DNA from: an uncultured Actinomycetes bacterium
GTDB lineage: Bacteria; Actinomycetota; UBA4738; HRBIN12
Length of the DNA stretch: 64,000 nucleotides
Assembly (NCBI GenBank): GCA_963704885.1
Contig: CAVPIB010000001.1
Coordinates: 352,001-416,000, forward strand
Direction: 5' to 3'
Shown: in pieces, positions 1 to 9,088 of the stretch
How positions within the stretch are numbered: the stretch's first letter is position 1
Layout: the number at the start of each line of letters is the position of its first letter
Notes under the pieces: model-generated
Database searches by the model: none
What the model was told of the DNA's origin: nothing
The model's input: the letters and a program-made list of their open reading frames with translations, nothing else
Translations under genes and position numbers: made by a program

Positions 1-397
1 TCACGCGCGCGCTCGGGACGTTGATGCGCCTGCCGTCCACGCTCACGTGTCCGTGCGAGACGAGCTGACGGGCCTGGCGCGTGGTCAATGAGAACCCCAA
101 GCGGAGGACGACCGCATCCAGACGGGTCTCCAACGCGCGGATCAGCTCCTCGCCCGTCACGCCCTTGCTGTTCGAGGCCTTGTCGTAGTAGCGACGCATC
201 TGCGCCTCGGACACGCCGTAGATGGCACGGAGCTTCTGCTTCTCCAGCAGCCGCGTCTGGAACTCCGAGATGCGCTTGCGACCCCGGCCATGCTGACCCG
301 GCGGATAGGGTCGCTTATTGGCCGCGCAGTTGGGGCGTCCACACAGGGACGCTCCGACGCGGCGACACATCTGGTGCTTGGGTCCGATCTTGTCCAT
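1..397 (-). CDS. rpsD: 30S ribosomal protein S4 (partial, runs off window start)
   Basis: Hand translation from ATG at 397 (not in ORF track): MDKIGPKHQMCRRVGASLCGRPNCAANKRPYPPGQHG..LLEKQKLRAIYGVSEAQ..LETRLDAVVLRLGF..QARQLVSHGHVSVDGRRINVPS, the classic S4 motifs. Confidence 0.97.
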   Translation of the reverse strand, partial: MDKIGPKHQMCRRVGASLCGRPNCAANKRPYPPGQHGRGRKRISEFQTRLLEKQKLRAIYGVSEAQMRRYYDKASNSKGVTGEELIRALETRLDAVVLRLGFSLTTRQARQLVSHGHVSVDGRRINVPSARV

Positions 398-474
398 AGC
401 GGCCGCTCAGCGTACCAAAGGTCTTCGGTTCACGACCTGCGACGATGCAGGTCGGCGTGCGACGATGCTGCGCC

Positions 475-1386
475 ATGGACCTCGCCGATCGGGTCGTAGG
501 AAGCGTTCTGGGCCTAGCGCTCGGCGACGCGCTCGGGGCTCCTTTCCAAGGTCGCCGAGCTCATCTGGTGCCCGATCCCCTGCCGGCGTTCGAGTTCCCG
601 TGGATGGGGTCGCCGCCGGGCACGACCGCAGCAGCCACCGCGATGGCACGGAACCTGATCCGGTCGCTGGTCGATGGTGACGGTTTCGATGCGGCCGACC
701 TGACGGGTCGCCATCTGAGATGGCTGGCCACGGACCCGCCTGGCATCGACAAGCTCACACGGATCGTCCTCACCGGCATCCGAGATGGCGACCTTAACGC
801 GGCTCGATCGTACGTGGAACGGCGCGGTCCGGAAGTGAGTGCGGGCAACGGCTCGGTGATGTACTGTGCGCCGCTCGGCGTCGCCTACGCGCGGCACCCT
901 GAGGCGCTCACCAGCTGTGCTCCGGCGTTCTCGGCCATCACGCACCGGGATGAGCGGTGTCGGACGGCCTGCCTCGCGGTGATGCTTGCGGTCGCTGCGA
1001 TCATCCGTGGGGAGCCGTCGGATCTCGCGGTGGTGGGTGCGTTGGAGGCGGTAGGCGATCGAGAGGGCGCGGAGGAACTTGAGTACCTGGTGGACCAGGC
1101 CGGCCGAGCACGTGCCATCGACGGTCCGGACAAGGGGTTCGCTCTGTTCACCGCCGGTATCGCCCTGCAGGTCTCGGCCGAAGGCTTCGGGTTCGAGCAG
1201 GGACTCCGCCAGGTGGTCGGCTTGGGCGGCGACACCGCCGCGAACGGTGCCGTTGCCGGTGCCCTGCTGGGTGCTCTCAACGGCGTCGAGAGCCTGTCTC
1301 CCCCCTGGCTCGAGCGGTTGGTGGATCGCGGAGCCATCGAGGACGAAGCTCGCCGGCTTGCTGAGTTGTCCGCTCGGATCACCTGA
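475..1386 (+). CDS. ADP-ribosylglycohydrolase (ARH/DraG) family protein with degenerate metal-binding motifs
   Basis: GLALGDALGAP, AGNGSVM, SAITH and GGDTxxNGAVAGALLGA motifs; start placed at ATG 475 (ORF track 445). Confidence 0.9.
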   Translation: MDLADRVVGSVLGLALGDALGAPFQGRRAHLVPDPLPAFEFPWMGSPPGTTAAATAMARNLIRSLVDGDGFDAADLTGRHLRWLATDPPGIDKLTRIVLTGIRDGDLNAARSYVERRGPEVSAGNGSVMYCAPLGVAYARHPEALTSCAPAFSAITHRDERCRTACLAVMLAVAAIIRGEPSDLAVVGALEAVGDREGAEELEYLVDQAGRARAIDGPDKGFALFTAGIALQVSAEGFGFEQGLRQVVGLGGDTAANGAVAGALLGALNGVESLSPPWLERLVDRGAIEDEARRLAELSARIT

Positions 1387-1477
1387 GCGAGTCCAGTGGA
1401 CCTCCGCGACGTAACCTGAAGGCCGAGGAAGTGACCGGACGACGGGGATGAGCATCAGACGGGATGGAGGCCACGGC

Positions 1478-1705
1478 ATGGGCGACGTCACTCCCATGCA
1501 GCCCAACGAGATCTTCGATCTCATCGTCAAGGCCGACGAGAAGCTCAAGTACGCCACCGCAGAGCGGGGTGACGCGCGCGCCGCGCAGGCTCGGGCGCTA
1601 CTGGAGCGGGCACGCGACGCGGCGCGCGAGATAGGAAACGATGCCTTGATAGGTCAAGCGGAGACTCGCCTCGCAGATCTGGATGCGACGAACGGAGACG
1701 CTTAG
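1478..1705 (+). CDS. Small helical hypothetical protein
   Basis: GGAGG SD at 1466-1470 before ATG 1478; host-like codon usage. Confidence 0.75.
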   Translation: MGDVTPMQPNEIFDLIVKADEKLKYATAERGDARAAQARALLERARDAAREIGNDALIGQAETRLADLDATNGDA

Positions 1706-1709
1706 ACCG

Positions 1710-2765
1710 TCAGCCGATCCGGCCGCCGCCCACGAAGTACTGCCAGTAGACCGGCTGGATCCGAACCTCGCCGCCGGGTCCGGGATGGCTGGCGTCGATC
1801 ATCATCCCGCCTCCGAGGTAGAGGGAGACGTGGCTAACGGGTGTGTAGAAGAAGATCAGGTCTCCCGCAACCAACTCGCTCTGTGAGAGGTGGGGCAGCA
1901 TGTCGTACATCATGGCCGAGGAGTGCGGGAGATAGACGCCGGCCTGTGCGTATGCCCACGACACCAAACCCGAGCAGTCGAATCCCACGTTCGGATCTGC
2001 GGATCCCCACACGTACTGCGTCCCTATGACCGACTCGGCGGCCGCGATCGCGATCTGGGCGGCTGACGCGTCCTGCGGTGGGACGAACCCACCCCAATCG
2101 CCTCCGCCGGTCGAGCCTCCGGACACCTCGGCGTTCGCCGTCGCCTCGGCTGCAGCGCGAGCAGCCACGGCGTCCTCGTAGCTCTGGCCCAGCTCCTCGT
2201 ATAGCGCCTGCTGATCCGCGATCGCCGAGGAGACGTCGTTCTTACGGGTGGTGAGCTCGTCCACGAGGGCCTGCCGCTCGCCGACCGCCTCCGCGTACTT
2301 CCCGGCGGCCCACTTCGCTTGCTGGCCCGCGGTCTCGGCCAGGATGGCGAGGTCTGTGTCGCTCTGCGCGACCGCCCCCATGAACTGCAGCCGATCGGAG
2401 AATTCACTGAGGCTCTCGGCGCCCAGCAGGACGTCCACCTGCGACCCCATGCCGGTGTACGCAGCGACGGCTCGATCGTTCAGGTCCGACATCGCTCGCG
2501 CCGCCAGTGATTCGGCCCGACGCTTGGCGTGCCGCGCATCCGCCAACTTGGACTCGCTCTGCTCCAGTCGCACCTGCGCCTGGTTGTACAACTCGATCAG
2601 CTGGTCCAGCTGCTGGTGTAGCGCCTCGAGTTTGGCCTTCGCGGCCTCGACCTCTTGTTTGGAGGGGGCTGCCGAGGAGGATGTCGAGACCGACAGGACG
2701 ACCGTGGGAACAACGAAGAGAGCGGCCACTATCAGCCGCAGGACGGACCTGCGCTTCCCTCTCAT
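1710..2765 (-). CDS. NlpC/P60 peptidoglycan endopeptidase with N-terminal coiled coil (RipA/CwlO-like)
   Basis: Signal peptide, long coiled coil, then YVWG..FDCSGLV..LPHSS..GDLIFF..SHVSLYLGGG. Confidence 0.95.
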   Translation of the reverse strand: MRGKRRSVLRLIVAALFVVPTVVLSVSTSSSAAPSKQEVEAAKAKLEALHQQLDQLIELYNQAQVRLEQSESKLADARHAKRRAESLAARAMSDLNDRAVAAYTGMGSQVDVLLGAESLSEFSDRLQFMGAVAQSDTDLAILAETAGQQAKWAAGKYAEAVGERQALVDELTTRKNDVSSAIADQQALYEELGQSYEDAVAARAAAEATANAEVSGGSTGGGDWGGFVPPQDASAAQIAIAAAESVIGTQYVWGSADPNVGFDCSGLVSWAYAQAGVYLPHSSAMMYDMLPHLSQSELVAGDLIFFYTPVSHVSLYLGGGMMIDASHPGPGGEVRIQPVYWQYFVGGGRIG

Positions 2766-2831
2766 CTGCCCCCAGGTGCCGACGGGTATCGGATATACGA
2801 AAGGCCCCGTAACCGGAGCCGTCCGCGTCCG

Positions 2832-2860
2832 AGGCTAGCGGGGCGGGAGGGCTTCGTCAA
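2832..2860 (-). promoter_or_regulatory. Housekeeping-sigma promoter for the NlpC/P60 gene
   Basis: Minus strand TTGACG-17 bp-TAGCCT, about 65 nt upstream of the start. Confidence 0.7.
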
Positions 2861-2898
2861 ACGGGTGGGGACGGACCGTGGTCCGCCCCCCAGCCCGT
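2861..2898 (-). terminator. GC-rich hairpin downstream of tRNA-Pro
   Basis: Imperfect inverted repeat ACGGGTGGGGACGGACC / GGTCCGCCCCCCAGCCCGT just 3' of the tRNA, followed by TTT on the minus strand. Confidence 0.55.
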
Positions 2899-2905
2899 TC
2901 TGCTC

Positions 2906-2982
2906 TGGTCGGGACGGCGGGATTTGAACCCGCGACCTCAGCGTCCCGAACGCTGCGCGCTACCAAGCTGCGCTACGTCCCG
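2906..2982 (-). tRNA. tRNA-Pro(CGG)
   Basis: CGGGACGTAGCGCAGCTTGGTAGCGCGCAGCGTTCGGGACGCTGAGGTCGCGGGTTCAAATCCCGCCGTCCCGACCA; anticodon arm CAGCG-TTCGGGA-CGCTG, T-loop GTTCAAAT, encoded CCA. Confidence 0.98.
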
Positions 2983-2996
2983 AGCGGTGAGCCAGT

Positions 2997-3887
2997 CTAG
3001 CGGCTCGCCACCGCCGCGCTCGAGGCGGGACGCGGAGCGAGCTCCAACAACGTCGCCTCGGGGCGACAGAAGAACCGGAACGGCGCGAACTTGCTGGTTC
3101 CAAGACCGGGAGACAAGGAGAGCACCGCGGGGCCCATCTGGATCAGCCCGCTCGCCAACCGGGAGGGGAGCGAGCAGTTCGTGACCAGCGCACCCACGCC
3201 CGGAAGGCATACCTGACCTCCGTGGGTGTGACCTGCGACGATCAGGTCGTAGCCCAGGGCGGCCGCCTCCGGCGCGGAGTCGGGAGAGTGCATCACCGCG
3301 AAGCCGAAACGGCCAGACTGCCGACGCGGCGCCACCCGGAGGTCGTGGCGAGCGATGTGGGCGTCATCCAGACCGAGGAGCTCTACCGGCAACCCGCCTA
3401 GCTCGACCGGTTGCCGGATGTTCGTCAGGTCCTCCCATCCGTCTGCTGCGAGCTGCGCGATCAGCTCCGGGACACGACCGGCTGACGCCCGGCGTGGGGT
3501 CCGAGACCTCCGGAAGTACGCGAGATAGTTGAGCGGCCGGGGGGCGAAGTAGTCGTTCGAGCCGAGAACGAACCACGAGGCCAGTCGCCCACGAACGGCC
3601 CGGACGGAGGCAACCGTGGTCTCTACCGCCTGGGGTTCGGCCAGGAAGTCCCCCGTGACCACGGTGACATCCGCGGGAGGAAGCGTCGCTAGGAACGCCG
3701 CCTTCCGACCGTCGCGACGCACGAAATGCAGGTCGGACAGATGCAGGACGGAAAGTGGGTCCGATCCCACCGGTAGGATGTCCAGGCGATACCGCCTCAG
3801 TCGGTACCAGCGGCGTTCGACCACGATCCCCCACACGACGCAGCAGGCGCCGAACGCCAGGGACGCGAGCACTATCCGGGGGAACAT
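2997..3887 (-). CDS. Metallophosphoesterase (YkuE/Rv3683-like)
   Basis: HLSDLH, VTGDF, LGSNDY, HSPD, AGHTHGGQ motifs; conserved position near ponA and tRNA-Pro. Confidence 0.93.
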   Translation of the reverse strand: MFPRIVLASLAFGACCVVWGIVVERRWYRLRRYRLDILPVGSDPLSVLHLSDLHFVRRDGRKAAFLATLPPADVTVVTGDFLAEPQAVETTVASVRAVRGRLASWFVLGSNDYFAPRPLNYLAYFRRSRTPRRASAGRVPELIAQLAADGWEDLTNIRQPVELGGLPVELLGLDDAHIARHDLRVAPRRQSGRFGFAVMHSPDSAPEAAALGYDLIVAGHTHGGQVCLPGVGALVTNCSLPSRLASGLIQMGPAVLSLSPGLGTSKFAPFRFFCRPEATLLELAPRPASSAAVASR

Positions 3888-3900
3888 CGGAGGCAGTCTA

Positions 3901-4359
3901 GTGAGCGACTCGAACCTGAAGTCCGAGATCCAGGGGCAGACTCAGCGGGCACTGAAGGACGGCGACAAGCTCCGTGTCGGTGCCCTGCGCCTCTTGAGCG
4001 CTGCCATCAAGAACAAAGAGGTCGAGCTGCGTCGCGACTTGTCCGACGATGAGGTGCGCGACGTCGCAGGCAAAGAAGTGAAGAAGCGGTCCGAGTCGAT
4101 CGAGGCTTTCGACGCCGCAGGCCGGACCGAGCTGGCCGATAAGGAGCGTGCGGAGCGTGAACTGCTTTCGGTCTACGCGCCGGCGCAGCTCTCCGCGGAT
4201 GCGGTCGACGCGCTCGTCGACGAGGCCTTGACCGTCACTGGCGCCACGTCCGCTAAGGAGATGGGCAAGGTGATGGGGTTCGTGATGGGTAAGGCGAAAG
4301 GTCAGGTCGACGGGGGTGTCGTGCAAGAGAAGGTGCGGGCCAAGCTGGGCGAGGACTAA
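3901..4359 (+). CDS. GatB/YqeY domain protein
   Basis: KKRSESIEAFDAAGR..KEMGKVMG; GTG start at 3901 (ORF track extends it upstream). Confidence 0.93.
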   Translation: MSDSNLKSEIQGQTQRALKDGDKLRVGALRLLSAAIKNKEVELRRDLSDDEVRDVAGKEVKKRSESIEAFDAAGRTELADKERAERELLSVYAPAQLSADAVDALVDEALTVTGATSAKEMGKVMGFVMGKAKGQVDGGVVQEKVRAKLGED

Positions 4360-6794
4360 GGCTCCGGGCTCGGAGTGGGACTTGGATCGGGACTCGGGCT
4401 GGGCGACGGGTCCTCGCTCGAACCCACCGTGATCGTGACCACCGTTCCTTGAAGCGCCTTCTTCCCTGCCTGAGGATCCTGCTCCATCACCACGCCATCG
4501 TTGTTCGGGTCGTTCACATGGCGCTTCACGATCTTCACGTCGAAGCCCGCCGCTTCGAGGGACGCGCGCGCGTCGTCGACCGACATGCCAACCACGTCGG
4601 GGATCTTCACCTTGGCCGGCACGCCGCTGCTCACCTGGATCGTGACGAGGGCTCCCAGCTGCAACGTGGCGCCCCCCGCCGGGGTCTGCGCGACCACTGT
4701 GCCCTTCGGCAGCGCGGAGTCGACGGTCTCGGTCTTCGGGGTGAAGTTCGCGTTGGCCAGCAGGTTCTGCGCGCGTTCGGACTTGAGGCCCACCACATCG
4801 GGCACGGTGCCCACCGCGGGGGCCGGCGGTGACGGGAAGCCCAAGGCTGGCATGCCCGCCATGATCCGAGCCATGTAGTCACGCCAGATCGGGGCGGCCA
4901 GCGTTCCGCCGAACACAGATCGTCCGAAGTACAGTGCCAGCGAATCAGGGGTGCCCGGGAACCCAACCCACACAGCCGTCGACACCTGCCGGGTGTACCC
5001 AACGAACCAGGCGTTCGAGTAGTCCTGCGTGGTGCCGGTCTTGCCGGCGACAGACCAAGGCGAGAGCGCTGCAGCGGTCCCCGTTCCGTGTGAAACCACG
5101 CCCTGCAACATCGCGGTGACCAAGTGCGCGATCTCCGGAGCCACCACCTGCTTGCAGGAGCGCTTGTGCCGGTATAGGAGGCCCTCGTCGTCCACGACCT
5201 TCGCCACAGTGAAGGCCTCGCAATGCTTCCCATCGTTGGCGAGCGTCTGGTACGCCGCGGCCATCTCGATCGGCGTGACGTCTACGGTGCCGAGCGTGAG
5301 AGAGGGCACCGCCGCTAGCTCCGTTTGGATCCCCATGTCGTGCGCGGCCTTCACCACGTTCTCGGGGCCGGCCTCGAGGATCAGCTGAGCGAAGACCACG
5401 TTGATCGAGTCGGCCGTGGCCTCCCAGAGGTTGCGGTATCCGCCGTCGCCGGCGCCCTCGGCGTTGGAGACGCACGAGCAGTCGTTGCCACGCCACTCCG
5501 GCAGGTACAGCGGCGACTTGGTAGAGAACACCGCGCCGGGCGGGATGTCCTCGCGGAACGCAGCCACCAGCGTGAACGGCTTGAACGCGGAGCCCGGTTG
5601 TCGCCGGGCATCGGCCAGGTTCAGCTGGTCTGTGGTGAAGTCGCGACCGGACAGCATGGTGCGGATCGCTCCGGTCTGGTTCTCCACCGACACGATGGCG
5701 GTATCGGGTGTCTGCGAGTAGTCGGGGTGCGCCGGCGGCACGCTGTAGGGCTGGCGCGCCACGCTCCGGGCGGCGGCCTGCCAATCGGCATCGAGCGTGG
5801 TCGTGATCTGAAGGCCGCCTTCGTACAGGCGCCTGCGTCGTTGCTTCTGGGTGGCGCCGAACGCGTCGAACTCACCGTCCTCGTTCGCCACGATCTGCTG
5901 GGTGATATACGACACGAAGAACGGTGGTCGTTTGAGCCTGAGCTTCCCGATATCTGGCGCGAGGCCGAGAGGCGATCTCTTCGCGCGATCGATCCGCTCC
6001 TGCGTGTACCACCCCAGGCCCGCGAGCCGATCGAGCACCACGTTCCGGCGCTTCCGCGCCTTCACGGGGCGGGCGACCGGGTCGTAGTAGGAGGGCGCCC
6101 GGATCAGCCCCGCGAGCATGGCGCTCTGCGGCACCTTGAGACGGGACGCCGGCACGTGGAAGTAGAAGTCCGCGGCTGTGCCGATCCCGTAGACGCCGTT
6201 GCCGAAGTAGATGTCGTTCAAGTAGAGCGCCAGGATCTGGTTCTTCGAGTAGCGCTGCTCGACGCGGATGGCCAGCGCCAGTTCCTGGAACTTGCGTTCG
6301 AACGTAACGGAGGTGTCGCCGGTCACGGCGTTCTTGACCAGCTGCTGAGTGATGGTCGAACCCCCCTGAACCACATCCCCGGTGGCCGCGTTCGTCAGGA
6401 GCGCTCGGATCATGGAGGTCCAGTCGAGTGGACCATGGTTGTAGAACTCGGCGTCTTCTACCGCCAGGACGGAGCGCTGCGCGGCATCGCTCACCTCAGC
6501 CAGCTCGACGATCTCTCGGTTGTCGAGGTAGAGGGTCGCCAGCACGGTCTCGCCGTCGGAAGCGTAGATCGTGGAGCGTTCGGGGAAATCGGGGATATGG
6601 GTGAACCCCGACCCCAGCTTGGTCAGGCGAGCGTCGATCGTGTGGGCACCGAACGCTAGGCCCGCGATCGGCGGAACGATCAGCACGGCCACGACAACGG
6701 CAGCAACGCCGATCACGGGGATCAGCAGGAGCACGGCCAGCGGATCGAAGCGCCGATCCGCGGCGTGATGACCGGGTTGCGCGGTTCGGGCCAT
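4356..6794 (-). CDS. ponA: Class A penicillin-binding protein (transglycosylase/transpeptidase) with two PASTA domains
   Basis: EDAEFYNH, QGGSTITQQLVKN, RKFQE, SAFK, SIN, KTGT, C-terminal PASTA repeats; start likely ATG 6794. Confidence 0.95.
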   Translation of the reverse strand: MARTAQPGHHAADRRFDPLAVLLLIPVIGVAAVVVAVLIVPPIAGLAFGAHTIDARLTKLGSGFTHIPDFPERSTIYASDGETVLATLYLDNREIVELAEVSDAAQRSVLAVEDAEFYNHGPLDWTSMIRALLTNAATGDVVQGGSTITQQLVKNAVTGDTSVTFERKFQELALAIRVEQRYSKNQILALYLNDIYFGNGVYGIGTAADFYFHVPASRLKVPQSAMLAGLIRAPSYYDPVARPVKARKRRNVVLDRLAGLGWYTQERIDRAKRSPLGLAPDIGKLRLKRPPFFVSYITQQIVANEDGEFDAFGATQKQRRRRLYEGGLQITTTLDADWQAAARSVARQPYSVPPAHPDYSQTPDTAIVSVENQTGAIRTMLSGRDFTTDQLNLADARRQPGSAFKPFTLVAAFREDIPPGAVFSTKSPLYLPEWRGNDCSCVSNAEGAGDGGYRNLWEATADSINVVFAQLILEAGPENVVKAAHDMGIQTELAAVPSLTLGTVDVTPIEMAAAYQTLANDGKHCEAFTVAKVVDDEGLLYRHKRSCKQVVAPEIAHLVTAMLQGVVSHGTGTAAALSPWSVAGKTGTTQDYSNAWFVGYTRQVSTAVWVGFPGTPDSLALYFGRSVFGGTLAAPIWRDYMARIMAGMPALGFPSPPAPAVGTVPDVVGLKSERAQNLLANANFTPKTETVDSALPKGTVVAQTPAGGATLQLGALVTIQVSSGVPAKVKIPDVVGMSVDDARASLEAAGFDVKIVKRHVNDPNNDGVVMEQDPQAGKKALQGTVVTITVGSSEDPSPSPSPDPSPTPSPEP

Positions 6795-6832
6795 GGGAGA
6801 TGCACAGGATACCCCCGGTACCATGGGGGCCG

Positions 6833-8155
6833 ATGCGTCGAACCTCCCTCCTGCTCGCCCTCCTCGCCGCGCTCGCGCTCTGGCCGAACGCGGCAGGTGC
6901 GGCCCCAACCTCTTCCGTCGAGGTCATCAAGGTCGAGGGCGCCATCGACCGGCCGCTCTTGGGCTACCTCACAGACCGGTTGGAAACGGCCGAACGCGAA
7001 GGAGCGACGGTGGTCCTGCAGTTGGACACCGCCGGCACGATCGATGAGGACGGCGTGGCGCTCGCCCAGATGGTGGCCGACCTCAGGGTTCCCGTCATCG
7101 CGTGGGTGGGTCCGGTTCCGGCCAGGGCCAGCGGCGCCGGGCTCCTGCTCATGTACGCGTCGTCGCTCGCCGCCGTCTCGCCCGGCAGCCAGACCGGTCC
7201 TCTGGATCCGATCGACCTCGCCCATCCCGACTCACGTCCGACCGGTCTGGACCAGACGATCGCCGGATGGATCGAAGCCAAGGGCAAGGCGACCGACCTT
7301 AACTGGAACGATCGTCCGCTGACAGCCGCCGAGGCGCGGCATCGCCAGATCGCCCAGGTCGCCGCGCTTTCCATCCCCGGCTTGCTGAACCGGATCGACG
7401 GGCGGACGGTTCAGACGGCCGACGGTCCCGTCGTGCTTCACACTCGGGTGGCGACGACCGAGCAGGAAGCGCAGGAACGAGGCACCGTCGACATCCGGTT
7501 CGAGAACCTCGGGCCCGTGAGGCGTGTGCTCCACGGCGTGTCCTCGCCGTCGATGATCTACTTCCTTATCGTGCTCGCGCTGGCGGCGCTGGCGTTCGAG
7601 CTGACGCAGCCTGGGTTCGGGTTCGCTGGGTTCGCGGGGCTCGGGATGCTCGCTCTGGGTCTTTACGGGTTGACCGTTGTACCCGTCGGCTGGTTGGGTC
7701 TAGCGCTTCTGGTCGGCGGGATCGGACTGATGGTGCTGGACGTGCGCGCGCGGAAGCTGGGGCCTCTGTCCGTGATCGGGCTGGCGGCGTTCGCCGCCGG
7801 CTCGGTGCTCGCCTGGGGAGGCGTAGCCCCGGCCATCCAGATCTCGCCTTGGCTGATCGCAGGGGCAGTGGTCGCGAGCATCCTCTACTACGGATTCGGC
7901 CTAACCGTGGCGATCCAATCGCGGGACCGGATCGTGAACGCGCAGCGCGGGCTGATCGGCATGATCGGTGAGGCCCGTGGCCGTCTGGCTCCCGACGGCC
8001 CGGTGTACGTGAAGGGCGCCATGTGGCGCGGTCGCTCAACCGGCGATGAGATCGCGTCTGGTTCAGCGGTCCGTGTGCGAGGGGTGGACGGCCTGGTCCT
8101 TCGGGTCGAGGTGGAGACCGGAACCGAGGCCGGGAGCGACCTGGTTCCGGAGTGA
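6833..8155 (+). CDS. NfeD family membrane protein (ClpP-like, TM and OB-fold domains)
   Basis: Signal peptide, LQLDTAG, VPVIAWVGP, ELTQPGFG, C-terminal GPVYVKGAMWRG..VRVRGVDGLVLRV. Confidence 0.88.
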   Translation: MRRTSLLLALLAALALWPNAAGAAPTSSVEVIKVEGAIDRPLLGYLTDRLETAEREGATVVLQLDTAGTIDEDGVALAQMVADLRVPVIAWVGPVPARASGAGLLLMYASSLAAVSPGSQTGPLDPIDLAHPDSRPTGLDQTIAGWIEAKGKATDLNWNDRPLTAAEARHRQIAQVAALSIPGLLNRIDGRTVQTADGPVVLHTRVATTEQEAQERGTVDIRFENLGPVRRVLHGVSSPSMIYFLIVLALAALAFELTQPGFGFAGFAGLGMLALGLYGLTVVPVGWLGLALLVGGIGLMVLDVRARKLGPLSVIGLAAFAAGSVLAWGGVAPAIQISPWLIAGAVVASILYYGFGLTVAIQSRDRIVNAQRGLIGMIGEARGRLAPDGPVYVKGAMWRGRSTGDEIASGSAVRVRGVDGLVLRVEVETGTEAGSDLVPE

Positions 8156-8304
8156 CCGCGAGCCAACACGATCCGAGTTGTGGAGTTCCTGTGGACCCGC
8201 CCGGTCCGGAGTCCTCTCGCCCTTCGGGGAACGAACACCAGGTTAAGCGGCCCACCACGAGTCGCTTTCGATACCTGGGAGGGACGGCCTTCGGCCGGAG
8301 CCAC

Positions 8305-8574
8305 GTGTTCGAGACCAGAGCCGGTAGCTGGCAACTCAGCGCCGCGTGCCGCGGCGAAGACTCCGCCTACTTCTTCGCACCGAGCTATTTCGAGAAACGA
8401 CATGAGAAGGACGCTCGCGAGGCTGTGGCCAAGGCGATCTGCCAGACGTGTCCCGTCCTCGAAGAATGCCGTGAGTTCGCGCTTCGGGCCCGGGAGAGTC
8501 ACGGCATCTGGGGTGGTCTGAACGAGATGGAGCGCCGAGCGTTCCTCCGCGAACATCGCAGCCAGGCCGGCTGA
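8305..8574 (+). CDS. WhiB family Fe-S transcriptional regulator
   Basis: WQLSAAC..AKAICQTCPVLEECR..GIWGGLNE.ER (4 Cys plus GIWGG turn); start uncertain. Confidence 0.95.
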   Translation: MFETRAGSWQLSAACRGEDSAYFFAPSYFEKRHEKDAREAVAKAICQTCPVLEECREFALRARESHGIWGGLNEMERRAFLREHRSQAG

Positions 8575-8614
8575 TCCACGGTGGTCCCGGGTCCCGTTTG
8601 AGAGGATGCGCCAC

Positions 8615-9088
8615 ATGGATGACGTCCAGGTCCTGCAGCGCATCGCCGATCTGGGTTTCGAGCTTCCTCCGGCGCCGCAGGCCCTCGCCGCGTACGTGCC
8701 CATGGTCGTCTCCGGCACCCTGGCGTTCGTCGCGGGTCAGGTCCCGCTCGTCGATGGACAGGTCCTGCACCCTGGGCTGCTCGGCGATGGGGTCTCGGTT
8801 GAACAGGGCTACGAAGGAAGCCGCCGCGCCGCTCTCCAGGCGCTTTCGGCCCTCAGGGCGGAGCTCGGGTCGTTCGACCGGCTCCGACGCGTCGTCCAGG
8901 TGACCGTGTACGTCGCCTCGACCCCGGACTTCAGCGAACACCCCCAAGTGGCGAACGGAGCCAGCGAGCTTCTGGTGGCCGTGCTGGGCGAGGAAGGCAA
9001 GCACGCCCGGGCCGCCATCGGCATGTCGTCGCTTCCGCTCGGAGGGAGCGTCGAGGTCGTGGTCACCGCGGAGGTCGCGCCGAGCTAG
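8615..9088 (+). CDS. RidA/YjgF family protein
   Basis: AAYVP, AGQVP, VANGASELL, HARAAIG..SLP. Confidence 0.93.
   Translation: MDDVQVLQRIADLGFELPPAPQALAAYVPMVVSGTLAFVAGQVPLVDGQVLHPGLLGDGVSVEQGYEGSRRAALQALSALRAELGSFDRLRRVVQVTVYVASTPDFSEHPQVANGASELLVAVLGEEGKHARAAIGMSSLPLGGSVEVVVTAEVAPS

Noticed and set aside
2766-2830. c-di-AMP (ydaO) riboswitch upstream of the NlpC/P60 gene
   Set aside because: The predicted leader is only about 60 nt and lacks the ydaO consensus
2906-2982. tRNA-Pro as an integration site
   Set aside because: No integrase nearby, no duplicated tRNA 3' end noticed, and the flanks are core genes
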